Of a stretch of DNA of 64,000 bases, positions 1 through 12,208 are shown piece after piece. Under the pieces are notes generated by a model. The model saw only the letters and a list, made by a program, of their open reading frames with translations, made no database searches and had not been told where the DNA came from. A program made the position numbers and the translations under genes. Each line of letters begins with the position of its first letter. Positions within the stretch are counted from its first letter, which is position 1. The stretch comes from Podarcis cretensis (taxonomy: Eukaryota). Where the stretch lies: NCBI GenBank assembly GCA_951804945.1, contig OX638159.1, positions 30,690,001 through 30,754,000 of the forward strand, given 5' to 3'.

Positions 1-119
1 ACTTTTAATCTCAGGTTCATGGGTTTGAGCCCCATGTTGGCCAAAAAAGATTCCTGCATTGCAGGGGCTTGGACTAAATGACCCTTGTGGTCCCTTCCAG
101 CTCTGATTCTGTGATTCTA
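1..119 (+). mobile_element. tRNA-Lys-derived SINE with CR1-type 3' tail (POMSINE-like), truncated by window edge
   Basis: ACTTTTAATCTCAGGTTCATGGGTTTGAGCCCCATGTTGG resembles the 3' half of tRNA-Lys(CUU). It is followed by GGACTAAATGACCCTT...CCCTTCCAGCTC...ATTCTGTGATTCTA, a CR1-like tail. Same family as 15451-15596 and 55311-55444. Confidence 0.8.
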
Positions 120-874
120 AGTTTAAGCAACCATTGCTCATGATTTCTTCAACTTTCAGGTTTCTTTTAAAAATTAAAAAGATCTCACAAGAAAATTTGG
201 CATATGTTTCTAACATGGTTGCAAGGGGACAGCACAAATTCCCATACTTATTTTATAAACGTGACAGTTGCCAAACTAGTGATCTCTGTGGGGCATATAA
301 AATTAATTTGCAGAGTAATGAGCATCTTTTAAAATACTAGGAGAATGAAATTGTCTAATAACTAGCAGAAAGTTACACTTACACACCCACCAACCCACCC
401 GATCACTCTCTGCTGCTTCTCCTGTCTCCATTGTTGCTCCCTGATGCAGGCCTACCTGGGACAACAAAAGCCAACTTTATATTTTGGAATTCTTAGGTCA
501 TAGCTTCCAAGTATCCCTAATTTCCAAGGACAGTCCCGGAATTACAGAAGCCCTCCTGGTTTCTGATTTGATCCTGGAATGTTCCAGTTTTCCTTTTTCC
601 TCCCTTCCTCGCGAAGAACAGTTGGAGAGATCAGGACACACATACCCCATTCTTTTATGAAACTGGAGCCTTCGTTGTGTGTGTGTAAGTGCAAAAATGG
701 AGTCCTGTTTATACTAAATAAAGCCTGCAACAAATGAAGGAAATGGTGAAGCTGTCATACAAAACTCTTCCTATAATTTTGAAGAAAAACGTAACCACTT
801 TAAATTCTTTAATTGCAATACTTAAGCAGCCAGCCATCTTTTAGGAAGTGTTTGTTCCTTTATCGTAAGTGGAG

Positions 875-1035
875 CCTTACCATGCAAGCCTACATGTCTG
901 CTCAGAAGTAAGTCCCACTGTATTCAATGCAGCTTACTCTCAGGTAACTGGGTAAAGACTGCAGCCTTTAATTGCAATCCTAAGCATTTTTACTCAGAAC
1001 GAAGTCCTACCGAGTTCAAAAGGATTTACTCTCTG
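875..1035. mobile_element. Two adjacent ~90-bp palindromic MITE-like repeats (GCAATCCTA...TAGGATTGC family)
   Basis: Degenerate copies of the CTCAGAAGTAAGTCCCACTG...GCTTACT inverted core. Related copies lie near 1920-2003, 17618-17708, 24605-24688, 31930-32015 and 46335-46420. Confidence 0.55.
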
Positions 1036-1332
1036 GTATCTTCCTGATCTTTTTCAAAGTTTCTATTACCACTACCACCTGCCTTTTTCCCTGACAGGGA
1101 CTCAAGGCAGCTTGCAAATATATTTTTATTTCATTTCATTTATCCACTGAAGGTGTTGTCCATGATCCCTTCTCACACACATTTTTCTTTACAACAACCC
1201 TGTGAGGTAGGTTAGGTGGAGAGGTAATTGGCTCAAGGTGACGGATGTATATGTATATGACATATATGTGTGTGATGAGATCTCACAGTAGAAGCTTCCT
1301 GATGTAGAACAGAATGTCCCTATTTTCATTGG

Positions 1333-1405
1333 TGCAGGAGGCAGTGGAAGACAGGAGTGCCTTGGCACGTCGAGTCGGACACGACTAAACAACTAAACAA
1401 CAAGA
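1333..1405 (+). mobile_element. BovB (RTE LINE) 3'-end insertion, heavily 5'-truncated
   Basis: GAGGCAGTGGAAGACAGGAGTGCC...GAGTCGGACACGACTAAACAACTAAACAACAA matches the squamate BovB tail. It is flanked by the direct repeat ATTTTCATTGG (1322-1332 and 1406-1416). Confidence 0.85.
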
Positions 1406-2098
1406 ATTTTCATTGGAGAAATGTAGGTTTGCAAGGTTGGCTTTTGTTCTTTCTCATCCATCCATACTGGGAAGTACTCTGATCTGATCAATCAGATATG
1501 CTGTTGGGACAGAATTCCAATATTTTTGAGGACCCAAGCAGTTGGGTTTGAATTTGCTTGTATCCATTGACCTTAAAACTGTTGCAAGGGCTTTCCAGAT
1601 CATCATCTGACTCGGGGAGACAAATTATGAGTTCCTGCTGAAAGACAACACCAGGATTCCTGCCTGTATAGAAAACCCTGTGGTATCTTTCCAGCAAAGG
1701 GAGCTGGCTTCATGGTCCATGTTCCAATCACTTTGTAAGTGAGAACTTGCACCACAGCACGGATGTCTGCTGTTAGGGATCCAAGACATTCCCAAAGCAA
1801 CATAGCTCAGCAACTTATCTGCTTCCCTTCAACCTTGTGACCTAAAAGAAATGAGTGACGCTTTTTTATGACTACATGGAAACCAAATCTTGAGTTGATG
1901 GCGAACAGGTCACTGACGCTGCGTTATTCTTGCATGCTTATTTAGAGATAAGTACGTTGAGCTCAGTCGGGCTTACTTCTTGCAAGCATGCTTAGGATTG
2001 CATAAGATCAGTGTGCTGAGACAGTAAAACTGTAAATCTGGTTAAAGCAATCACTAGGAAACTGAAAATGTGAAGCATCTCATACATCTCCTCTCCAG

Positions 2099-2233
2099 CC
2101 ACATTTAGAACACCGTGTACAGTTCAGACCTCTCCCGTCTGAAAAGGGGTATCATAGAGCTTGGAATACTAACGAAAAAGCCATCTGTAAAGTGGAAGAG
2201 AGCATATTGGAAAAACCAAAAGCCTCCACCCAG
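2099..2233 (+). other. Candidate 135-nt exon (PHLEHRVQFRPLPSEKGYHRAWNTNEKAICKVEESILEKPKASTQ), unidentified
   Basis: Acceptor catctcctctccag, donor CAG|gtattt, open in phase 0. Peptide not recognised. A competing minus-strand acceptor (ctctcttccactttacag) lies at 2185-2202. Confidence 0.2.
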
Positions 2234-2397
2234 GTATTTAGAGACTTGATGAGAGTTCTAATTTGTTATTTTATTTTATTTATTTTTCCCTTTATCACCA
2301 AATCTGATAATTTTAAGAAGGAAAGTGTTCGAAACGTTATTTTAACTTTTTGAAAGTCTCAAAATGTTGTTAATTCTTCTTACAGATAATCTCATAG

Positions 2398-2400
<3 letters not shown>

Positions 2401-2442
<42 letters not shown>
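2401..2442. repeat. (ATT)14 microsatellite
   Basis: Perfect trinucleotide run; it explains the poly-Tyr ORF at 2364-2567. Confidence 0.97.
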
Positions 2443-4340
2443 TTGTAAACCTCTTTGAGGATTCCCCGCCCCCCCTTTTTGTGATCAAGCGGTGTGTTAT
2501 AAGAAAAATACTGCTCCCTTTCCCTTATGGGGTATCTATAACATGGTGTATGAATTTCATTAAATAAACAAAAAAGCCAGGCCTTTTAGCAGCGTACCCC
2601 ACTCTGAAATGCCCTATTTTGGGGATTTTCCATTTCCTGCACTATTGTGTTAGCCAGAACGTAGCAGGTTCTCTAAGCTTCAGTTTTCAATTAAATGGAA
2701 TCCTTACAGTGGTTCCAGTAGCCAAGTTATGAAGTGTGTGTTCTTTCTCTACCGAGCTTAGAATTGGCTGGGCAGCTGTGCCTTTTCACAACTGTTTGAC
2801 AAGCAGAAATTCTGCAGGTGAGGTTACTTTGCAGATGTAATTCTGAGAAAACCTATCCCTGGTGATTTTCTGTTTGTCAAATAACTATCAGGGACATCTA
2901 GCCCAGCCAAGAAAAACAAGCTGGCAACTCAAAGGCTCACCAGAGAGAGGGAAAGGAAATCCACATGTCATTCCTGGGAGCCATCAGATAATAGAACCTG
3001 GGTTGCAATATTTGCATATCCTCCAAGTTTTTGGCAACCAGTGTGGGCCACTTGAAAAATTCTCACTATTTTTCAGATAGTAGCAACTCATGACAGAACA
3101 GCAGCAAACTAATTCCTTGGAAAAATACTGCTCAGGTTTCCTTTTTGTAAAGAATACATAGCCTGGGGAAATCTGAGAATAGTATAAAAGACCCTTTACA
3201 TATACTATATATCACCCTCACTCCACCCTTAAATTCTGCAGAATTTATATTCTGCAGAATTCTGCAGAAAAGGAATAAAAGCAGTTTTATTACATGCGAG
3301 GAGAGGGCAAAGATAACTTTCTAATCTCATCGCTTTTTATAGCTGCCTGGGAGTTTAGAAGAAGTCACAGATTGTGGAAACCAGGCCTATTCAACACAAC
3401 TCCCTTTCAGGAGGGGTTATCACACTCAGTTTACAGAACAAGGCTGTTTATGCAATGGGGGGGGCACAGCAAAAATCTCTCCCATCTCAAAAGAACAAGC
3501 TGCCTCTCTGTTTCCTGGAACAGCTTTGTAAAGTAAAAAATAAAATCACTGGTGGCAGTACGTATAATAATCAGTAGCTTATTAAATGATTCTAGTTTTG
3601 TTTATTAGTGACACAAAACATCATAGCTCATGTAAGTTCAAGTGAGGACTTCCTGGGATTGGACACAGCGCTGTATTTTATTAACCTTATAAGAAGATGT
3701 TTTGTGTCCCCAGCTCATGTAGCTTTCTAAATATGGTGGCATTTCTAATAAGAGGTAACAAAACATTGTTCTGAGATTATCTGCAGAGGCGTGGAATTTC
3801 ACCATAGTACTAAAACAAAGCATGCTGGATATTGTGTGTGTGTTGAGTGTATTAATTTAATATGAGCTCCTGACACCAGCAGGTTCCTGCAAAGTATATA
3901 AGTTTTAAAGTTTAGAAGCAGGAAGGATAGATCACAACCTGCCCATAGCACCCAGTAAATGCCAGCAACAGAAACTGTTCAGGAAGGTTAATGCGTTTAA
4001 TTGGGCAATATAGCCAGAAAGAAACAGAAAACGCAACAGGTTTCATGAAGAAAAATCAATTTTTGTAGTGCAAGGAAATGATTCCGACATTACCACACTG
4101 ACATCTCACATGTTAAAAGGCAACAGATGCCAGCTGTCAAGCTTCAGTGTCATTCAAGAAGGCCAAAAAAAATTGCAAGGACAGTTACATACCCAGATAG
4201 GCCTTGGGTGTTAGAACTGCTTGCTCATTACTGTAGATTGAGCTCATTCAGCTATAATCTTCTATACAACTTCCATATATAGGGATGATTTATATACCAC
4301 CCTTTGTGCAACCCCCAGGGTGGTTTACAACAAGACAGAC

Positions 4341-4451
4341 AGAGCTTGAATAAGCCACCTGTCATGGATGCTTTAGTTGATATTCCTGCATTGCAGGGGT
4401 TGGACTAGATGACCCTTGGGTCCCTTCCAACTCTAAGATTCTATTATTCTA
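4341..4451 (+). mobile_element. CR1 LINE 3' end fragment
   Basis: GCCACCTGTCATGGATGCTTTAG...TTCCTGCATTGCAGGGGTTGGACTAGATGACCCTT...CCCTTCCAACTCTAAGATTCTATTATTCTA. Confidence 0.75.
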
Positions 4452-6938
4452 AGCCCAAAATTTGTGCAGGGGTTACATTCCAGGGATCGTGCCTAAAGTC
4501 AAAATCTTGTGTAGTCAACACACATTGGGTTTAATGGTGGACGGGATGCCCAAGTTATTTTTTTCCAGAACTCCACCCACTTTCTGCCCCCTTTAAAAAA
4601 TTTTATTGTTTTGCCACGCACATAAAGCGTGTGATTTGTGGGCTTAATGTATATAAAGATGCATAAAATCTATAAAAACACAACCCATTAAAAACATAAC
4701 AAATCACTGACCGAATAACAATTGCGGTGTCTATTTTTATTTGTGTGTGTGTGTGTTTGTGCGTGTGAATTATATTATCCACATCAACACAATCCACAGG
4801 CAAGACGGAAAATGGAAGCGACAACCCTTACTTCCATACAACCTGTTTACTGGTCATGCATCCTGATTTGTTGGCAGAAAGTGTGTGAGGTGGTTTTGTT
4901 TGTGGGTGAGGTTGTGTGATGTTGCCTTGAAGATCAAACAACTGTTATCCCACACTTTGCCATTTCTTTCCTTACTTGGAAAACCCTTATATTGTGGGGA
5001 AAGTTGGTTTGTTGTGCAGGAGCACCAAATCAATAAAACTGTGCTGATACACATTTGCTGATATGAGATTAAGTCCCACCCGAAAATAGCCACCATTTCC
5101 CTATGAAGCCCTGTTGGCATTTCCTTGCGGTTATCGGAGCAGACTTGTGGTTAACACGTCGCTTGGGTAAAAGAGGCTTCGTTGGGGGAGCAGCTGTCCT
5201 GAAGATCTGCTCACATATGATTTATATGGAAGGTGTGTCTGTGACATTACCCTACAAGCCACGTACAAGCAGGCAGGGGAAATGTCTCACTGTGTCCTCA
5301 CTGCCAGGGTCACATGTCTGTTTACTTAGATTGGCATTTGGTGACTTGGCCTGCCTGATAGTATTCACAGCTGATGTTTCGCTTTTCTAGGATCTGGTTG
5401 CTCCAAAAGGAAAGAGTGCTAAATCATTTCAGGAATTAAAATAAACAGCTGATAAGCTGGTAAACAAATTGAAAATTGAAACCCTTAAGTCTCGCATTTG
5501 TGTTTTCTGTTACCTTCAAAGGTAGTCCACGTTAAGCTAACACTGCAGAATTTCACTTAAGTCCATATATATATATGGCAAGAGTTTGCTCTGCTCCTGA
5601 AATTACATGGTTCATATAAACGGACCTGAAAAATGAAAAGCATTTTCATAGACATTTTTATCATGCCATCAAGTTTTCTCTGTTTATTACTGATGTGTGG
5701 TTCCTCTTACACTTTTAAAAGTTTGATGGAGGTTCCCACTAACTTCCACTTATATGTTTGATCAAGCATAAAAAGGTGAGGCTTAGTAAAAAGGAGAGAG
5801 AGAATGAAATCAACTTGAAATAAAAGTATGCAACTACGAGTAGAAAGCAAGCTGGTGCGGGGGCAGCAGGCCTTAAGATATAATCGTGAAATTCATTACT
5901 CATGATCAGGACTCAGTTCTATGCTAAAACTGAATGCCAACAAACCTCCACACCTGTGTTTGTTAAGCAGGAGGAGAAAATGCCTATGCGATGACAGGTG
6001 GGATGGCCAAAGTCATTTCCCCCTTTTCCGCTCCCTTTAAAAAATTTGTTTTGTCACGTGCATAAGCTGAATGCACACAAGTGCATAAATTGGGGGCTTA
6101 CTGCAGATAAAAATGCATAAAAACAGCACAATCTATTAGAAACACGTAACAAAAAATCACCGACTGAATAACAATTGCAGAGATGTTTAATACAGTGCAA
6201 TGTCAGAGTGCATGTAGCATGCAACATGTGGCATGCAACCAACAGCTACTTCTGCTTTTAACTATACCTGCAGGCTTCAGAAATGACATTTTCATATTGC
6301 ATCTTGGGTCTGTTCAAATACTGTTGAAATGGGGGCCATAAAGAAGCAGTTACATCATTGCAGGAGAGGAGAGGACAGAATGCCTTGCTGAATGACAGAT
6401 GGTACTCCTGAGCCTGTTTTAGAGGGGGCGGGGTTATGTCATGCACTGCTCAGTCTAAAAGTCAGATCTGTGTGTTATCAGTTTGCAAGTTATGTTTCGC
6501 TGTCTTTGCAGGCTCAGGAATGTCTCATGAAAACAGCCAACCCCCCATCAACTCTCAGGTTCTAGTACTGCAAAATACTAACAGGCACTAATGGAGAAAA
6601 TTATTGGCTATAAAGCAAATACCAGTGTGTTCCACGCAATGCCTGGACATAAGAGGAGAGGGAGACTGGATGCCCTTGTAAACACAATTCTCAAGCTTTG
6701 GATACCCAAGGGACAAACAGAGGCCCCCTTTTCAGATCACAAGTTATCTAGACTTAGTGGGCCATTGGCACTGAATGTCCACATTTCAAGATTTAGGTGG
6801 GTTAAGCAAGGTTGTATGCAATCTCAATGTTGCCTTATAATTGGGAAACTCATCTGTTGACCTCCTATTCAGTTCCAGACCAGGGTTTCTAAAGTGTGTT
6901 ACATGCTAACCAAGAGAGAAGCCCAATCACTGAGACGA

Positions 6939-7526
6939 TGTCAGGAACTGGCTGGACGAAGAGGAGTGGTCGAAGGCAGCAGCCGGGGAACCCCCAAGGG
7001 AAACCCTAGAGGATGAAGGTTCAGAGCCAGGGGATTGGTGGTGGAATACTGAGGAGAGGTCAAGGATTGGGAGGAGGGGCTGGATGCTGAAGAGGCAACA
7101 GGGTGTAGTGAGCAGGAAGAGCCTGTGACAGGGAGCACTTCAGATTCTGGGGCTGAAGCAGAGGAAGTGGGGTCAAGAGGCTGCTGGAAAATCCAGGGAG
7201 TCTCCCTCTCCTGATGTGCCAAGCTGTCTGTCCTGGTCTCCAAGAATGCACAGAATAATGAGGGGGGCAGAACAGAGACCAGAGGTGTGCAGATACAGTT
7301 TGAGACTGCTTGGGGAAAATCCGGGAGAGGAGGAGCCTTAGAAAGAGTGGAAGGCAGGGACCTTCAGTCCTGGCAACTGCTCCACAGGACCAGACCTGCT
7401 GGGAAGTGTTGCAGAGTTGCATGCTGTTTCCTTGAATGAAGAGTGAACTTCACTGACAATGGAGTCTTGCATCTTTCGTGCTGACCTGTGTCCGACTCCA
7501 GCCCTGACAGATGTCCAGCCCTGACA
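6939..7526 (+). mobile_element. Solo LTR (~590 bp, probably Gypsy-type)
   Basis: Termini TGTCAGG...CCTGACA. 5-bp flanks GACGA (6934-6938) and GATGA (7527-7531) differ by one CpG transition. The 3' end carries a 17-bp tandem duplication. Confidence 0.7.
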
Positions 7527-10059
7527 GATGAGCTTGCCAAATGAACACACTTTTCCTACAGTTCTAAGGTTTGGGGATTGGAGAACCAAATGCAGTATGT
7601 CAGCTCTTACCTTGTGTCAAGGGAAACTAACATTTGGGGGGGGGGCGGCTGAGGGCCATTCTTGTCCTATGGTTAACTCCCTCTGGTGTACACATGTCAG
7701 TGGGTGTAGCTAGCATTTAATTTTTTTAAAAGGACAAATATGGAGGAGGTCTGGGAAGATTCATCAACCACATTTTGGTATCACAGAAACTTAGCAGATG
7801 ACCCACAGGAGTGGTCAGTAGAAAAAAAGCATATTATTGAGAAAGCTTTTTTAATAAGCATATTTTGGGGGGCTACAGAAAACCTTTTGGCATCACAGTC
7901 AGTATTTTTTTAAAAAAAAGTCTAAAACATTTTTTTAATATAATTTTTAATGGACAAATGAGGGAGGAGGCTGGGGAACCAAATAAACCTTTTGGCATCA
8001 CAGTGAGCTACCTAGAAATAAAATAAAATATTTATTTATTTATTTATTTATTTAAAATCTGATTTTCTAATTCCTCGGTCTGTTCTCTGAAATGATACAG
8101 TTGAAGAAGAACTGTATCATGTGCTATTTCCACCCTATGAGAATTTGGATAAAACCCATATGACATTATGTAGTTAAAATTTCTCTGCCATTAGGTGTGG
8201 AATTATAGTCCAGGAGAGATGCCAAAGTCTGGACCCTGACTTATTTCACTTGAAGGGGAGGGTCCTGGACTTTGTAAGTGAAAACAATAATAATTTATGC
8301 ACCTAGAAGTATTCTGAGGTATTCTAGAACATGCAGTGTCTGAAGGTCAGTTAACGCCCTTATTGGAGTAACCTTGCTTTGAAGTTATATAGCAAGGCTT
8401 TTAAAGCCTGGTTTTGCTCCTTTAAAATGCTTTTTCCATTATTTCCTCAGTTCTTTGATTTTTCTTTTTAAAACCAAAGAACTTTAAATAGCAATTTATG
8501 TGACATAGTTTCCATCCACCATATCCTACAGTATATATACTTTTGAGTGAAATCTCTGATAGTTTTGGAACTGAATGACGTTTTATGGAAATGAATCATA
8601 GAGCACACAAGTGGTAGACAAAACTGTACCTTTTGCCAAGAAAAACTGCCCAAATTATTTCTTCATTATGGTTTTTCGGTTCCTCGTAAGTAAAGGGAAA
8701 CAAGGCAGTTAGTGTAATCAGCAGCAGATGTATTTACACGCAACTTGAAAAGCTTTCTGAAGTATTTATGCTAAGCAAGTTTCCTGAAATCCAGCCACAT
8801 TGACTATAGGTGATGAAGAAAGTAGGCATATTGCATATATATGTATATTTGTGTGTTGTGGCACATCAGTGTGGACCATGGTCAGGAGAGATGGCAGCTC
8901 TGCAGATGCTGTTGAAATTTGCTCTTTGGGATCCCATTTGAGTTCTGCCACTGCTTCTTTCATCAGTAAGAGGTGGGAGAAACAGAAGAGCTCAGTGAAG
9001 GTGGTCTAAAGGCAAGGAGAACAAACATCAGAAAAGGTCCCAGCTGTCAATTTCTCCTTTTGGACAGCTTACCATTTTCTTTGGGTAGTTGGACTACTGA
9101 TCTCACACTGCTGTGCTTTGAGTCAAACAGCTAGAAAGGTCTTGGGTTCTTAAGGAGCTCAGGCTTTCACCATTTCCTGGCTTCTTCATGCCATTGTACC
9201 TTATTTTAAGTGATATAAACTGGCCACATGTATTCCAACTGGCTGTGACTGAAGTCACTGTGGACTTTTCAACATTGCCTGTTCTGGACAGGCAGCTTCA
9301 ATTACCGCCTAGTTAAATTGCCTAAACTGGCTTCAATTCAATTGTTTTGGCATTGCTGCGCTTCAGCCTAAGTAGAACAAAGAGTGCACACCAAGATGTA
9401 CTTTAATGGAACAATAGCAGAATCCTGCTGACTTCAGACGTGCCGATTTCCCATTAAGAACAAATGTCATTCAAGCAACACCCTTGTCACTTTGCACTGG
9501 CCATTTTCTGAGGAGTCTGAAATTCAGGACAACCTATTTAGGGACAGTTTCATCTGGAGTTTCTTCATGCATTCATGCTACTTCACAAGGGTATGCTGTT
9601 TATTTTGAGAAGAAAAAGTGAGGAAGCTGTAGCTGGCCCAGGTAGATTCAGAGTCCAGAACCCCAAAACGGGACTGAGCCAGCAGTTTCTCCCAAATATC
9701 TGCATTCAGCATTCAAGACAGCCAGGTTAAAGCTGTTCATGTCCACACACCTGCCATCTTCCAGTTTCCAAACCAATTAATTCTTTGCAGCCAAGCAGTC
9801 AAACGGGTTTGAAGGATCAGCTATTTAATCAACTTGATTTGCTCATATTAATCAGAGGATTCATCATGAATGGTTAAAGTTACCATGGGTTCTCCCACAT
9901 TATTCATGATGAAACCAGCAAACTATTTCATTACATTATAGCTGTCATGATTGTACTGAGCTAAATTAAAAGGGAGGGAAAATCCAAAGGGCCCAATGTG
10001 ATCTTCACCTTAGCCCTGCATTGAACTTGCTCTGAGCCACCATGAGTAGTTTCAAAATT

Positions 10060-10168
10060 GGGTTTAGCGCCATCGGTAATGGCGGACTCCCTCTGATCTG
10101 GAGGGACCCGCTCCGTGGAAATTGGGTCAAACCGCTACAGCGAAGCGGAGACCCTTCTAAAATCACAG
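10060..10168 (+). mobile_element. Isolated 5'-terminal fragment of an L1-type 5'UTR
   Basis: GGGTTTAGCGCCATCGGTAATGGCGGACTCCCTC...GACCCTTCTAAAATCACAG aligns with the reverse complement of ~13445-13555. AGTTTC occurs at both edges (10048-10053, 10167-10172). Confidence 0.75.
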
Positions 10169-10203
10169 TTTCTCCTGGTTCTTTCCTAATGTCTGTTCTA
10201 TAC

Positions 10204-10326
10204 CAAGGGTAGCCAATGTGATGCTCTCCAGATCTACAACTCCCACCATCCCAGACTATTGACCATGAAGGCTGGGGATACTGGGAGTCCAGCAACTTTT
10301 GGAGGGGCATCACATTGCCGACCCCT
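10204..10326. mobile_element. Decayed palindromic hAT MITE (CTACAACTCCCA...TGGGAGT family)
   Basis: Inverted arms with GGGTAGCCAATGTGATG / CATCACATTGCCGACCCCTG ends. Similar old copies lie near 23880-23995, 25575-25650, 32280-32390, 36160-36300, 37603-37735, 52720-52830 and 55165-55290. Confidence 0.65.
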
Positions 10327-12208
10327 GTCCAATTTATTTATTTACTTATTAAAATTTCTATAACATTTGATTGTAAAAACAAAAAACCACACCCTCAAAG
10401 CAGTTTACAAAGAGAATAAAACAATTAAAAAACCACCAGCAAAAACAGTGATTTGAAACATTCAAACAATGAAAACCAGAAATAAACTAAAAACAGATTA
10501 AAATATACATCAGCCTTCTTCATGTCTGGGTAGGCTTGTCTAAACAATTTTACTGTATCTTCCTAAGATCATTACTGGCTTTTCTTTCTTTCTCTTTCTT
10601 TCTTTCTTCTGTTTATAATACCGTATTTTTCGCTCTATAACACGCATCTGACCATAACACGCACGTAGTTTTTAGAGAAGGAAAACAAGAAAAAAATATT
10701 CTGAACGAAACAGTGGGTGCATGATTTTTATGGTTCATGCTGTGGCCACAGACATGTGATCTGATGGTGAGTTTGGGGTAGCCCAATGCAAAAATCCTGA
10801 GGATCCATGTGGATCCGTGCTTTGTAACCACGTTTTAAGTGGGGAGGGAAGGAAAATCACTCAAGGGACAAGGAGCAGCGTGGAGAAGGAGCTTTTCGGC
10901 GAGCTGAGCGGGGAGGAGGGAGGGAAAGAGCACTGTTGCTTTAAAGGTATACTTAAGGTACTTGCCCTGTGCCTGGGTTTTTTTTCCATTTAACAGTTTG
11001 CAGCCTTTTCCTTCCGCTCCTTGTTTTGAGGCAGAATAGATTTGAGCAAGTGAGGAGGACTTGGATTGCAGGGGATTCACCATTAGCTGTGTAAAAGCGC
11101 TCCTCCTTGTAGCCTGAGTGATAAGCAGCCACCAGCAGCAATAGAATGGAGCACAAAAAAGTGGTAGGGGCACTAGGACCCAGACAATGCTCGAATCTAT
11201 CCTGCCTGAAAACAAGCTGCTCCCTCCCAGCGGATCAGCTGAGACGCGGGGATTTGCGAAGTTTTCCCCTCTCCCTCATCCCCAGCCGTTTTTTTTAACT
11301 TCCTGGTTTTCACTGCGTGGCTCAGAGCTCGAGGTTGGTTTTATTTTGCTGCTGGTTGCTTAAATTTTATCTTTCCTGCCGTCCCTCTGCAGCCTCATTG
11401 CTCTGTTTAGAGAGCGCACGGACCTTTGCTAGCGTCTGTCCCTCCTCCCGTGTAAGCAGCTGCTGCCCGCTTTGCTGCCATGGCTCTCCTTCCCTCCCTC
11501 CTCCCCGGCTCCAGGTCGCTTTAAAGCAAGCAAAGCGAGAGCCTCATAGAGTGTGTAAGCGGCTCCCGCTTTGCTTGACTGACGGCAGCCATGGCTCCGA
11601 TCCGTGCATTCACTCCTTAACACGCACAGGCATTTTCCCTTACTTTCTTTTTTTTTTTTTATAAATATTTATTAGCATTTTCAATAATAAACATAGACAC
11701 ACAGAAAAAGAAAAAAATAACAAAAAATACAAAAATTTTAAAAAACAAATAAAAACAAATGGGATTTCAATTGCTTATTTTCATATAACTTCTTTCTTAG
11801 ACCTCCTCTCCCCTCCCCTTCTTGTATTCCAGTTCAAGTTATTAATCCTGCAAATCCTTATTACTTAATTCTCAACCTTAACTTAATGATTTTTACATAC
11901 TGTAATTTTACCTTTCCTCATTCTTCCATTAAATTATTTTTGCATTCCTCATTTTCATTTCATTTTAACCATTTTAGACACCAATTTTAACTTATCTAAT
12001 CTTAAACATCTTATGCATCATTTCTTATTCTTTAACATATTTCTTAAAGTCAGTCAATATTTCCCTTCCAAGGCTTTCCCAATTTCCATACAAATAACAA
12101 AACAAATTAAAACAAAGTAATTAATAATTATGTACCCTTTGGATTACCAAACTCCAACCCCCCTTTCCCGGTTTTGGTCCCCAATAAGTGTTCATCAATC
12201 AATACTGT

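Noticed and set aside
1488-1640. Minus-strand terminal-exon-like ORF (QELIICLPESDDDLESPC...)
   Set aside because: Only an acceptor supports it; peptide unrecognised and no linked upstream coding exon.
7730-8005. Repeated GGACAAAT...GGAGGAGG and CCTTTTGGCATCACAG motifs (array-like)
   Set aside because: Irregular, degenerate local duplications in vertebrate DNA; not a CRISPR or other regular array.
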